Virus record (IMG/VR): IMGVR_UViG_3300044846_005229
Location: 124,001-188,000 of that record
Length of the DNA stretch: 64,000 bases
Direction: 5' to 3' (one strand)
Made by a program: the position numbers and the translations under genes. The stretch's first letter is position 1; each line of letters starts with the position of its first letter. The notes beneath the pieces were generated by a model. It was given only the letters and a program-made list of their open reading frames with translations, made no database searches and was not told where the DNA came from. Below are positions 36,773-46,634 of this stretch, in pieces.

Positions 36773-37537
36773 TTAAAGTGTCACTTCAAACGTTCCGTGA
36801 GAATCGTCCTTTGCATTCCTCTTAAGAAAGGGCGCAATTCCTAGCCAATCGTTATGCGTTACCGGGTAGAACACATGAAGATAACTACTGATGTGCTCAG
36901 GAATTCTACTAGAAAAATACTTATCGGCTTTCACCAATTCGTAAATTTTTGCGTAGGTTTCTTGATCTGGACGAATGATAACCTTGCTGATGCATTGATC
37001 ATAATCATATTCACAGCTATAATAAGAAATGTTCTCAATTTTCAAGTCATCTTTATTAAGAACCCAGGGATGTCCTTTAAGATACTCCAAAAGTTCAGGA
37101 AGATTGAAGTATTTGTTGTTGAACTGAGAGTCAATGTAATTAAACCCACGCGGAAGAGTATAAGGAACAGCATTTGAATCAAAAAACATATGGCCAGAAC
37201 TATAAATCCAAACAAGATTCTCTTCAGAAATGTTACCTTCAAGAATCTCCTCATCACTCATTTCGTGATATTCATAGGTCCAGAACGGATTATAAGTTTT
37301 AATGAATTCAAAGAATGAGTCCCTAACTAATGCCGGTCTGCATTCTTTAAGAACTTTCAGGCTTTTATCTTTGACCGCATTGATAACTTCAACTACTGCG
37401 GAAGTCTTACCTGATGGCTCCACCGTGGTAGTCGTCACTTGAAGATAGGCAAGACTCTTATCCACACCGGGAATAATGTAAGATACAATCTCCGTAAATG
37501 TTGTGTGACGGGTATTTTCAAATGGTGCGAGTTTCAT
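36773..37537 (-). CDS. hypothetical protein, paralog of 52595-53323
   Basis: 172-bp identical core 37050-37221 = 52836-53007. Confidence 0.8.
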   Translation of the reverse strand: MKLAPFENTRHTTFTEIVSYIIPGVDKSLAYLQVTTTTVEPSGKTSAVVEVINAVKDKSLKVLKECRPALVRDSFFEFIKTYNPFWTYEYHEMSDEEILEGNISEENLVWIYSSGHMFFDSNAVPYTLPRGFNYIDSQFNNKYFNLPELLEYLKGHPWVLNKDDLKIENISYYSCEYDYDQCISKVIIRPDQETYAKIYELVKADKYFSSRIPEHISSYLHVFYPVTHNDWLGIAPFLKRNAKDDSHGTFEVTL

Positions 37538-37563
37538 GGTTGGTTGTGGGGAGCGGTTTAGTG

Positions 37564-37788
37564 TCAATCTGACCTAAGGCTACTATAGCACGGTGCTAGA
37601 GCAGGGGCAATCCCTTCCCCCACCACATCTAGCAACATATCCCTAAGACGGCTCATTTCTTCACGATCACCAGCCATAAGCCATCCATAGCAAACATAAT
37701 TGTTACTATACTCCTCATCCAAAATTGTGAACAGAACTTTAGCCGTCCTCTCTGGGAGAACAATTTTAACACCTTTAGAAACTTCCAT
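37564..37788 (-). CDS. hypothetical protein
   Basis: Promoter at 37828. Confidence 0.55.
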   Translation of the reverse strand: MEVSKGVKIVLPERTAKVLFTILDEEYSNNYVCYGWLMAGDREEMSRLRDMLLDVVGEGIAPALAPCYSSLRSD

Positions 37789-37879
37789 GAACCCTCCGGG
37801 GTTGTGATTTGAGGTTGAACAAGCACACTATAGCACAATGCTAAGGCCCTGTCAACCCCCTTGCCCTACCGGAAGAGTG

Positions 37880-38044
37880 TCAATCATTGGCGTTGCCTGT
37901 GATGATGGCCCTGATCCTGCCATGCCGCCTTCTTAATTCTCTCCTAGCGTCCTTCTCATTGGCTGCTATTACATAATCATAGCTGTGGACTCCAGGAACC
38001 TCGTTGTTATCGGCAGTAGTGAAATAAAGCAGGAAGGTTTCCAT
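37880..38044 (-). CDS. small hypothetical protein
   Basis: Start METFLL after promoter near 38075. Confidence 0.5.
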   Translation of the reverse strand: METFLLYFTTADNNEVPGVHSYDYVIAANEKDARRELRRRHGRIRAIITGNAND

Positions 38045-38136
38045 GTTGGTTGTGAGGCGACAGTTGTGATACCATCTTAGCATGGTGCTGGTGGTCATGT
38101 CTATGCGATCAAGTGTTGTTGGCTGTGTAGGATTAG

Positions 38137-38357
38137 TAAGTATTTATACTTAGTGCTTGGCCAGGGTGGGCACCACCCGATGTCGTTGACTCCTATAAGT
38201 TGGTAAGTATTTATACTTAGTGCTGGTTAGGTTAGGGGCCGTCTAGTGTCGTTGACTTCTGGGGGTTTGTAAGTATTTATACTCACTGCCGGCTAAGTCG
38301 GAGTCCCCCCGGTGTCGTTGGCTCCCCTCAAGTCAGTAAGTATTTATACTCACTGTT
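38137..38357. repeat. 4 units at 66-67 bp period, each with palindrome TAAGTAT-TT-ATACT(T/C)A (TATAAATA on minus strand)
   Basis: Starts 38137, 38203, 38269, 38336; second box TGTCGTTG(A/G)CT; single copies at 22737, 41505, 43119, 46626. Confidence 0.85.
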
Positions 38358-38512
38358 CAAAAACAAAAAACCTATAATTTTCGGAGGGGGCGTTAGCCCC
38401 CGACTGGTTCGGGCGCCGTAGGCGGTAACCCGAAGCTCAATCCCAGGGTCACCAATCCCCAGGGCTACCATTCCCTAGGCCATCAATCCCCCGGCCATCG
38501 ACCCAACAGCAA

Positions 38513-39898
38513 TCACAAAACCTCAGGTAAAACATAGCCTTTAATTTTCGCAACCCGCTTATTCAAAATAGCCCAATCATCCAAATCCTTAAACCTAAAG
38601 TGAGCAGACCCCTTCAGGAATACCTTAAACTCAAAGAATCCCCAATCTTGCCATACCCCTGGTTCCAATCGGTCTTTGCCACAAACAGGGTCCTTAACGG
38701 CATCATAATCTTTGCCAGTCAAAGTAGATAGGACCTTAATTAAGTCCGCTACCTTATAGTAATTAGTCTGATAGGATCTAACAGATACGGTCCCCCCACT
38801 CCAATCTTTCTCCGCAAAGTACGGCAAAATAAACTTCTTCCCAAATAAATACTGCTCATTGGTCTTCCATCCTTCTACACCATGTCTATTATCGTGATAA
38901 TGCTTAGTGAAAGCATCGAAAACTTGCTCTACAGTCCTATCCAATCGCTGATCCTGAGTTGCAATAACGATCTCCAACATCCTGTAGATATTCCTCATTG
39001 TAAACGGAACCTTACTTTGTTGCTCCACAAACCTGTTAATATCTTTAAGCAATTCCGTAGTTGCCAATTTCTCCATTCCCATCTTACTAAATACAAATTC
39101 CCACGCTGATCTTTGCAGGTCTTTTTGAAAGTCATTCCTTGCTTTTGCCTGGCCATTTTCCGTACAAACAAATGCGATATTTGATTTGTAAAATCCGCTC
39201 AGCACCCTATTTATACCAACTGCAGACTCAATCTGCCTATCATAAATCCTGCAGGCTTCCACGTATCGGTTGACAATATCCCTAACAAAATTATACGGAA
39301 TCAGACCTTCCCCTTCAGCTTCAATTGCATCGGGACCCATAAAGAACCCATTAAACTCAGCATCAGAACCCAAGGCAGGCTTCCTAAGGGTAACTAATCC
39401 TATTGCCACATCCGTAGAACGCTCCGCACCCTTAAAGACCTCACCCAAGTTCTCAACGTGCCCATAGTTTCTAATTAGGGTCCCCAATTGCCTACGCGCC
39501 AAAGAATATTCATTTCGTACAGTCTCCCAATTACATAATGACACAATTTGACACCCTGGCGGTGCAATCTCGAAGGCATAGTTAATATGTTTTTCGTCCC
39601 CACTGAAAGGGGGATTCATTATGATGAAGTCCACATGGCTTATTGCTTCCGGTTGAACATCCAGGAAGTCGGTGCCAATTAGTTTACATTGTTTTGCTGC
39701 CAGGATTGCCCTGAGGTTATCATCAATTTCACACGCCAGAACTTCACTAGCCCCATATTGCAAGCAACCTTCTACCAAATTGCCAGAACCTGCGGATGGC
39801 TCCAGAACAACTTTGCCATTCAAGTCGAATGGGGCTAGCATGTAGGATATTACGTGTTCCGGGGTCGGATAATAGTCTTTGTTGTTATAGGATGGCAT
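38513..39898 (-). CDS. N6-adenine DNA methyltransferase with DUF4942 domain
   Basis: DYYPTP, VLEPSAGSG (motif I), IMNPPF (motif IV), WGFFEFKVFLKGSAHFRFKD C-terminus; start MPSYNN. Confidence 0.85.
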   Translation of the reverse strand: MPSYNNKDYYPTPEHVISYMLAPFDLNGKVVLEPSAGSGNLVEGCLQYGASEVLACEIDDNLRAILAAKQCKLIGTDFLDVQPEAISHVDFIIMNPPFSGDEKHINYAFEIAPPGCQIVSLCNWETVRNEYSLARRQLGTLIRNYGHVENLGEVFKGAERSTDVAIGLVTLRKPALGSDAEFNGFFMGPDAIEAEGEGLIPYNFVRDIVNRYVEACRIYDRQIESAVGINRVLSGFYKSNIAFVCTENGQAKARNDFQKDLQRSAWEFVFSKMGMEKLATTELLKDINRFVEQQSKVPFTMRNIYRMLEIVIATQDQRLDRTVEQVFDAFTKHYHDNRHGVEGWKTNEQYLFGKKFILPYFAEKDWSGGTVSVRSYQTNYYKVADLIKVLSTLTGKDYDAVKDPVCGKDRLEPGVWQDWGFFEFKVFLKGSAHFRFKDLDDWAILNKRVAKIKGYVLPEVL

Positions 39899-40081
39899 TG
39901 GGTTCCGGTGGGTAATGGTGGGATGACCGGTAGTGGGGGTTAGTGGCGGGGGGAATAGCTGGTAATGAGGGGTAATGGGGAAGGGTGGATAGGCAGGGTA
40001 CCAGTTAGTTGCGGTGGGAATGATTGATAGCGACGATGGCCACAAGCGGTCAGACCCCCAAAGTCAACCCAAAGTCAAACC

Positions 40082-40375
40082 TCAGGCAATAACTTCTAAC
40101 AATTCTAAATCAAAACAATCGTCAGGCTTCAAGTAGCCGGTTACCTTGACAAAGGAGCCTTCCTTCAATTTAAGGATCTGGCTCTCATATTCTGTCCCCC
40201 AAAACTCGCCGCAAGCCCTGAGAACTTTAGTAGGGCGCGGGTTACGGTTGACAGTCAAATGAAAGAAGACAATATAGGTGCCGCAACTAGGATTAACAAT
40301 CAACCTACTAATTTGGCCCGTAAGGGTAAGGCGATTGAAGCAAAAGTCATCATCGTCGTTGCCGGATTGAGTCAT
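40082..40375 (-). CDS. hypothetical protein, possible OB/SSB-like fold
   Basis: LTLTGQI...F.LTVNR...FVKVTGYL. Confidence 0.5.
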   Translation of the reverse strand: MTQSGNDDDDFCFNRLTLTGQISRLIVNPSCGTYIVFFHLTVNRNPRPTKVLRACGEFWGTEYESQILKLKEGSFVKVTGYLKPDDCFDLELLEVIA

Positions 40376-40503
40376 TTTTTGGTGGGAATTGTTACCGTAT
40401 GAAAAAAAAAGGGGGGGTGACCATTTGGTTTGAACCCACTATAGCACGATGCCAGGGCATCGTTAATTCCTGGCCTAAACCAAACAGCAATATTAAAGCA
40501 AGG

Positions 40504-41370
40504 TCAAACCCAATCCTCAGCTTCTTTCCGAGTCATATAGAAATGAATACCGTTAGTACACTCAATCCGAATATCGTCATCATAACTATCTGCAACCACA
40601 ATCTCGCCTTCCTCGTATTCAAGGGCATTCCAAGTATGGATAGGGGAGTTGCCGGACCCTTCCAAGACTAAAACATGGGACGCCCTACATTTCCTACCCA
40701 CCAATGTAGAAGTTCTCTTAGCATCTTCTGGGATCAGGATTTTGATAACCCCTGTATCAACTTTTTTGAACGCAATAAATGACCCCTCCTCTGGGACTAA
40801 TTGAAAGGGGGGAAGAGTTGCACCCCGGAGATCAGCACCCTGGAGAATAGCACCCCGGAGAATAGCACCCCGAAGATTAGCATCCCGGAGATCAGCATCC
40901 TGGAGATCAGCACCCCGGAGATCAGCACCCTGGAGAATAGCACCCCGGAGAATAGCACCCCGGAGATCAGCACCCCGAAGATTAGCATCCCGGAGATCAG
41001 CTTCCTGGAGATTAGCACCCCGGAGATCAGCACCCCGAAGATTAGCATCCCGGAGATTAGCACCCTGGAGATCAGCATCCCGGAGAATAGCACCCCGGAG
41101 ATCAGCATCCTGGAGATTAGCACCCCGGAGAATAGCACCCCGGAGATCAGCACCCCGGAGATCAGCATCCCGGAGAATAGCACCCTGGAGAATAGCACCC
41201 TGGAGAATAGCACCCCGGAGATCAGCACCCCAGAGAATAGCACCCTGGAGATCAGCACCCCGAAGATTAGCATCCCGGAGATCAGCATCCTGGAGATTAG
41301 CACCCCGGAGATCAGAAAACGGCCCAATAACGTACTCAGACCCGTTGATTAGCATTGTTTTGGAAGACAT
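40504..41370 (-). CDS. pentapeptide-repeat protein with DUF5758-like C-terminus
   Basis: About 35 A(D/N/I)L(R/Q)(G/D) repeats; GRKCRAS, IECTNGIHFYMTRKEA. Confidence 0.9.
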   Translation of the reverse strand: MSSKTMLINGSEYVIGPFSDLRGANLQDADLRDANLRGADLQGAILWGADLRGAILQGAILQGAILRDADLRGADLRGAILRGANLQDADLRGAILRDADLQGANLRDANLRGADLRGANLQEADLRDANLRGADLRGAILRGAILQGADLRGADLQDADLRDANLRGAILRGAILQGADLRGATLPPFQLVPEEGSFIAFKKVDTGVIKILIPEDAKRTSTLVGRKCRASHVLVLEGSGNSPIHTWNALEYEEGEIVVADSYDDDIRIECTNGIHFYMTRKEAEDWV

Positions 41371-41546
41371 TGTTTTTGGAGAATGGGTATTGGTGGGGGG
41401 TTGATTGGGAGCGGTTTGCCCTGGCAACGGGCCCCACTATCTCACTATAGCATGGTGCCGGGGCAGTGTCAACCCCCATAGCTTCAACCCCTAGGTCAGA
41501 TAAGTATAAATACCTACCCACCCAAACAGTATAAGCACTAAGGCCA

Positions 41547-41972
41547 TCAGTCTATCCTAACAACAATAACCGCACTCTCCAGCAAGGTACCATCTGGCAA
41601 CCTGCAAACTACAGAGCTAGTATAAGCCTTGCGCTTGCGATTACCAATCGAAACCACACCTTCCAGCCGATATCCCGTAGGAAAACAACCCTGAAGTTGC
41701 CTCTCCCCGTACAACGTATAAGACTCAATGAGTCCACCCTCGCTATGGCAAATCGAAACTGCCGGAGCTTTGAATCCGATAATAGTATCATGGACTCCGA
41801 CCTTATCACAAATGCCCCGACAATCTTCTAGGTTAGGGGAAATATATTGTTGCCATTGCGATACAGTAAGGGCCAAGGCGTTTTCTTTCCAGTGGGCTGT
41901 AATCGGCGGTTTTTGCTTTCGTGACTTTGGGGGTTTTGTGGTTTTGGGGGTGCGAAGGCTAAATGTTTGCAT
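41547..41972 (-). CDS. hypothetical protein
   Basis: Start MQTFSLR; promoter at 42018. Confidence 0.65.
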   Translation of the reverse strand: MQTFSLRTPKTTKPPKSRKQKPPITAHWKENALALTVSQWQQYISPNLEDCRGICDKVGVHDTIIGFKAPAVSICHSEGGLIESYTLYGERQLQGCFPTGYRLEGVVSIGNRKRKAYTSSVVCRLPDGTLLESAVIVVRID

Positions 41973-42139
41973 AGGTGCAGGTTGGTTGCTGTTTGGATGC
42001 TGTTTGGTTATGGGCCCATAATAGCACGGTGTCAATGCAGTGTCAACTCCGCGTAGCTTTAACCAAACGGCAATCATGGTGCCAATGCAGTGTCAACCCC
42101 CATAGCTTCAACCAAACAGAAAGCATGATGCCGGGGCAG

Positions 42140-42382
42140 TCAACCCCCGGTGGTCTTACCAATTCGGTAGGCAATAATGGCAACATCAACAAGAGCTTCA
42201 CTCAAGGCATCAACATGAACCTCGTGAAAGTCTAATCTATCGCGGCCCCTACTTTTTAAGGTCGGGATACCTAATCTTTTCTTGGCAATCTGCTCTAGTT
42301 TTCTTTCTAAATTCTGAAAAAGGGGATCATCTAATGGATCGGTGTCAGGTGCCGGGTTACTTACCGAGTGAAGTTCTTCCAT
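42140..42382 (-). CDS. DUF6900-like small protein
   Basis: LEQIAKKRLGIPTLKSRGRDRLDFHEVHV..L.EAL..AY..G. Confidence 0.7.
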   Translation of the reverse strand: MEELHSVSNPAPDTDPLDDPLFQNLERKLEQIAKKRLGIPTLKSRGRDRLDFHEVHVDALSEALVDVAIIAYRIGKTTGG

Positions 42383-42457
42383 TGGTTGTTGGTTGCTGTT
42401 TGGTGACTGTTTGGTTATGAGACTATCCTAGCATCGTGCCGTGGCATTGTCAACCCC

Positions 42458-42691
42458 TTATTTTGCCATCCAGTTTTTACAATTCCAATCCCCTGGGGTT
42501 TTGATGAAAGTACCATTTGTGGCAATTCCACTTTTAACAACTAGCTTCCCATTCGGTTTACCCTTGGGTTGATTAGGAATAGAAATAACAATGGAACTAG
42601 CCCTAATGCCAGAACAATCACCAATATTGAATCCCCTATAACTCCAATACCTGCATGTTTTACATTTTTTCATTTTTCTGATCTCAAACAT
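42458..42691 (-). CDS. small Cys-motif protein
   Basis: CKTCRYW...GDC...CKNW. Confidence 0.55.
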   Translation of the reverse strand: MFEIRKMKKCKTCRYWSYRGFNIGDCSGIRASSIVISIPNQPKGKPNGKLVVKSGIATNGTFIKTPGDWNCKNWMAK

Positions 42692-43022
42692 CCAAAAGTT
42701 CTCTAATCTGTTCGGCAGTGAGCCTTGAAAGGATAAGCCCTTTTTCCTTTTCACTAAGGTTGTCAATTGTGACTTCTTTTTTCTTCCTGAGAATCTCAAG
42801 ACAAGTCAAATACTTAGGATTATCGCCGTATGGAAAGGCACTATCTAAATCTTCATCTAAATCTTCTACACCCTCAATACAATCTTGAACTTCAATATTT
42901 GGGTTCTTATCATTATTAACAATTATATCACGATTTTCGTATGCGACAAAATAGGCATCTCCAAAATCGTCCGCCATGACTATTACATCGTAAGTAATCT
43001 TTACCGAATAAAGTTTTTTCAT
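42684..43022 (-). CDS. hypothetical acidic protein
   Basis: 112-aa ORF; promoter near 43057. Confidence 0.65.
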   Translation of the reverse strand: MKKLYSVKITYDVIVMADDFGDAYFVAYENRDIIVNNDKNPNIEVQDCIEGVEDLDEDLDSAFPYGDNPKYLTCLEILRKKKEVTIDNLSEKEKGLILSRLTAEQIRELLDV

Positions 43023-43127
43023 TGGTTGTTGGTGGCTGTTTGGTTATGAGACTACCCTAGCATGGTGCCGTGGCATTGTCAACCCCTTAGAATTGTTAAC
43101 TACTGTGGGTCAAATAAGTATAAATAC

Positions 43128-44555
43128 TTACCCCGAAACCCTGACATCCCTAATCTCTATACCCTCAGCTTCCAGCAACTCCCGGAGCCTATCTGCCTCC
43201 TTAAAATCACGGTTAGCCCTTGCGATATTACGTTTTTCAATTAGTGCTTGAATACCATCGCTTTTTGGTTTTTGAGGTGCGGGAACCTCATGAACTAATC
43301 CTAAAATTCCGGCCAATTCACATAAGAGCCTCCAACGATTTAGAATTTCCCTATTTTCATCGCCCGCTGATACGATGGGGCGAGCCAAATAGAACAATTC
43401 CCCGATGGCTACAGACGTATTAAGATCATCATTGAGTGCCGAAATGAAACGATCTTGACTATTTTTTAAGTCTGTAGTTAAAATCAAGGGTTCATTCGTT
43501 TGCTGACTATCGCCATGTTGACTAATTCCATGCCGACTAACATCATGCTGACTAGCCCCATGCCAACTATCACCATGCCAACCAAACCCCAATGCAGCAT
43601 TTAATACTTTCCAACCATTGATCGCGGGCACCATTGCTTCCGAATTAAAATCTATCGGCTTTCTATAGTGGGCTTGTAATACGAATAATCTAATGGTCAT
43701 AGGGCTAATTCCTGATCCAATTAGGTCTCTGATGGTTGTGAAATTCCCTAAGGATTTAGCCATTTTCTCTTCCCCAACCGTGACAAACCCATTATGAAGC
43801 CAATACCTGGCTAGTTCAGCCCCATTGGCGGCCTCCGACTGGGCTATCTCGTTTTCGTGGTGAGGAAAGATCAGGTCGGCTCCGCCCAAATGAATGTCAA
43901 TCGTGTCGCCCAACTCCCCGCGCACCATAGCCGAACATTCAATGTGCCAGCCGGGACGGCCCCACCCCCATGGTGACGGGTACCCATGGTCAATAGGCAT
44001 TGCCCCTTTCCAAAGAGCAAAATCAAAAGGGTGGCCCTTCTTTGAGTCGCTATTAACCTGTTGTTGGCCAAGGTTGCGACCACTTAGTTTCCCGTACCCC
44101 TTAAACCCCACAACCGAGAAGTACATATCACCACCCATAGAATAAGCAAACCCTTTATCAGCAAGGTCTTGAATCATGGTGCGGATTGCATCAAGACTAC
44201 GGGTAACCCTTGGCATTTTGTCGGCAGGCAGGATGTTCAATGTGCCCATGTCTTCCTCAAAGGCCTTAATATTGCGCTCACTGACGGCCCCGATTGTTAC
44301 TCCTTCGGAGTTGGCTTTGGCTAGAATTTTATCGTCGATATCCGTATAATTTTGAACAAACGTAACCTCATACCCATGCCACATAAAATTACGCCTTAAG
44401 ACATCCCACACGATATAACTACGGGCGTGCCCTAAGTGGCATAGATCATAAACGGTAACACCGCAACAATACATCGACACTTTGCCTGGAACCAGCGGGA
44501 TAAACTTCTCTTTGGTTTTAGTTAGGGTGTTGGTTAGGGTAATGTCGTTAATCAT
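43128..44555 (-). CDS. cysS: cysteinyl-tRNA synthetase
   Basis: MYCCGVTVYDLCHLGHAR (HIGH), DFALWK, GRPGWHIECSAM, DIHLGGADLIFPHHENEIAQSE, KMAKSLGNF, DF.EADRLR. Confidence 0.97.
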   Translation of the reverse strand: MINDITLTNTLTKTKEKFIPLVPGKVSMYCCGVTVYDLCHLGHARSYIVWDVLRRNFMWHGYEVTFVQNYTDIDDKILAKANSEGVTIGAVSERNIKAFEEDMGTLNILPADKMPRVTRSLDAIRTMIQDLADKGFAYSMGGDMYFSVVGFKGYGKLSGRNLGQQQVNSDSKKGHPFDFALWKGAMPIDHGYPSPWGWGRPGWHIECSAMVRGELGDTIDIHLGGADLIFPHHENEIAQSEAANGAELARYWLHNGFVTVGEEKMAKSLGNFTTIRDLIGSGISPMTIRLFVLQAHYRKPIDFNSEAMVPAINGWKVLNAALGFGWHGDSWHGASQHDVSRHGISQHGDSQQTNEPLILTTDLKNSQDRFISALNDDLNTSVAIGELFYLARPIVSAGDENREILNRWRLLCELAGILGLVHEVPAPQKPKSDGIQALIEKRNIARANRDFKEADRLRELLEAEGIEIRDVRVSG

Positions 44556-44573
44556 TGTGTTTTGCAGTATCGA

Positions 44574-44837
44574 TCATTTGTTGATTTCCTGTTGATTTCC
44601 CGTTGATTGTTGGCATGAAAGAGCCACCCATTTCTCTAAATAAAGAATGTCTTCTTCCGTGAGAGGTTCCAATCCTTCGCAGATTTTCCTCCAATAATCA
44701 TTTCCTTGGGGGGTTTCAGACCAAAGGAAGGCATACACTAAGGATTCAAGATCGCCATTAAGAACTTTGATGGCGTCTTCCCGAGTAAGACTCGGAAGTC
44801 TTTCAATTTTGGTTTCCAGTTGTTCGTATTTTTTCAT
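44574..44837 (-). CDS. hypothetical protein
   Basis: AFLWSETPQGNDYW motif. Confidence 0.65.
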   Translation of the reverse strand: MKKYEQLETKIERLPSLTREDAIKVLNGDLESLVYAFLWSETPQGNDYWRKICEGLEPLTEEDILYLEKWVALSCQQSTGNQQEINK

Positions 44838-44941
44838 GGGGGGTCGATAGTTGGGTTTGTGGTTGCTTTGTGGTTTAGGGCCAATCGTAGACTCAATGAG
44901 GGCTCAATGTGTACCTATTATAGCATGGTTCCGAAGCAAAA

Positions 44942-45631
44942 TCAATCCCTGCCCTTAGCAAGGTACATCCGGTCAAAAATCATAAACGGCAATTCATTAT
45001 TTGCAGTACCTAAACTACCTTCCACAAACTCAATAATAAGGGCCTGCATTACTTTGGCGTACTCCGGGTGAGACTCCACAAACTTGATTGCCCCTGGTGT
45101 TAATGCCGATGCAATCGTGGATAGGGCTTCGGGTTCCAAGGAATTAGCTTCTTTCGGTGTTTGTTGTGGCCCCTGTTCGGGGTCGGACGGGCTTGGACCC
45201 TTATCTAGAATTTCAATTTCCCTAATATTACGTCCTGTAGAACAATAGTTTTCTCCATCATTGTAATAAAGCAATGTTCCCCTACCCTCCGGGTAGAACA
45301 CATACGAGTTAGTGACATATGGGCGAAGCATCCCAGTGTAAACTTCATTATGACAAGTAGTTACTTTAACTACATTATCAACATACTTAGAAAGGTCAAT
45401 CATTGGTTGAGGTTCAAGGGTTGATAGTTGGATTTTCACAATGTCATTGCGATGGGGGGTCCAGCCGTCGTTGTAACAGCCATCTATTTTATAGGATAAT
45501 CCGCTGATAGTGTAAGGATATGATTCGGAGCTATTGGCTAATAATAGGGTATTAAGAAGAATTTCCCCGTTATGAAGCTCAACATCAACTTCTTTGCCGA
45601 CAAATTGTGAGAGGTTTAGTTTCAGTGCCAT
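44942..45631 (-). CDS. hypothetical protein with two related small beta-rich domains
   Basis: LNLSQFVGKEVDV and IDLSKYVDNVVKV; start MALKLN. Confidence 0.7.
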   Translation of the reverse strand: MALKLNLSQFVGKEVDVELHNGEILLNTLLLANSSESYPYTISGLSYKIDGCYNDGWTPHRNDIVKIQLSTLEPQPMIDLSKYVDNVVKVTTCHNEVYTGMLRPYVTNSYVFYPEGRGTLLYYNDGENYCSTGRNIREIEILDKGPSPSDPEQGPQQTPKEANSLEPEALSTIASALTPGAIKFVESHPEYAKVMQALIIEFVEGSLGTANNELPFMIFDRMYLAKGRD

Positions 45632-45773
45632 AGTAAAAAAAAGGGGGGTGTATTCGGGGCCCCGTGGCCCCATTGTAGCATGGTATTAGGGGGAACGTAA
45701 ACCCGTCTCTGTCCATGCCTAGCGACTTGCTGTAGGGGGGGTTAGCGATGGGCCGTGTCGTTGGCTCAGGGGG

Positions 45774-46493
45774 TCAACTACCACGCAGCGCTAACCCACG
45801 GCTGCCACCAACCTGAGTATTCAATCCCACTCCATTGGCCGCCTGAGCACCCATTTGGGTTCCACTGCGAGTAACACAGGTACTTTTAGTTGTAGTGATC
45901 TTGCCAAAAGAACCATCGACAAAGGAATTAACTGCTTTCAATTCTCTGGCATCTTTGTCGGCTACCGTAAGTCCGGGGGTTTTAATGCCAGTGCCATAGC
46001 CATCTCTAGTTTCCTTCATATTACGCAAACGACTACCTATCGTAAGAGCAAAACCCTTTCTAAAATCAGCCTTAAATGACCGTGGCGAATAGGGATTAGC
46101 GGCTTTGGCATTATCCGCCAGCTTAGTCATAACCTCCATGATATACTCAAAGTACAATTCAATTTGAATTTGATTGCCTTTAGAAGCCACAATCTTTAGG
46201 GTAATTCCTTCGCGCCTGCCGCCAAATTGAATGAGTCTACCATTGAAGAATTTTGTAATCGAATTCAAAACCCAGGATTCGGCCTTATCCATGCGCTTAC
46301 CCCGGAGAAGATCAATAACGACAACACCATCCCTTTCCGGGTCATAATCTGCGTTGATGTCATTGGCAGTAACACCATGCTGCCTACAAAGTTTCTCAAG
46401 GAATTCCGTCGCATTGGCAGCTTCGTTTGCATTGGAGGATTCCTGCATCTTCATTACCTTAGCAATTTTGGCCTTGATTTCTGAGGAGATCAT
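45774..46493 (-). CDS. DUF2786/DUF7168-like protein
   Basis: KIAKVMKMQESSNANEAANA...L..HG; SF..GFA..I..RL. Confidence 0.8.
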   Translation of the reverse strand: MISSEIKAKIAKVMKMQESSNANEAANATEFLEKLCRQHGVTANDINADYDPERDGVVVIDLLRGKRMDKAESWVLNSITKFFNGRLIQFGGRREGITLKIVASKGNQIQIELYFEYIMEVMTKLADNAKAANPYSPRSFKADFRKGFALTIGSRLRNMKETRDGYGTGIKTPGLTVADKDARELKAVNSFVDGSFGKITTTKSTCVTRSGTQMGAQAANGVGLNTQVGGSRGLALRGS

Positions 46494-46634
46494 TTTGATT
46501 GTCGGGGAAAGGGAACGGATGGGAACGGGGCACCAAAGCAGCGCCCTCACCCCGTTATTATACCATGCTGGGGAGACCTTGGCAAGATGCTATCGGGAGT
46601 CGTTGACTGTTACGGGTGAGATAAGTATTTATAC

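Noticed and set aside
38137-38357. Mini-CRISPR suggested by the 66-bp period
   Set aside because: The repeat is only about 15-22 bp and the would-be spacers share a conserved internal box. Kept as a phased motif array.
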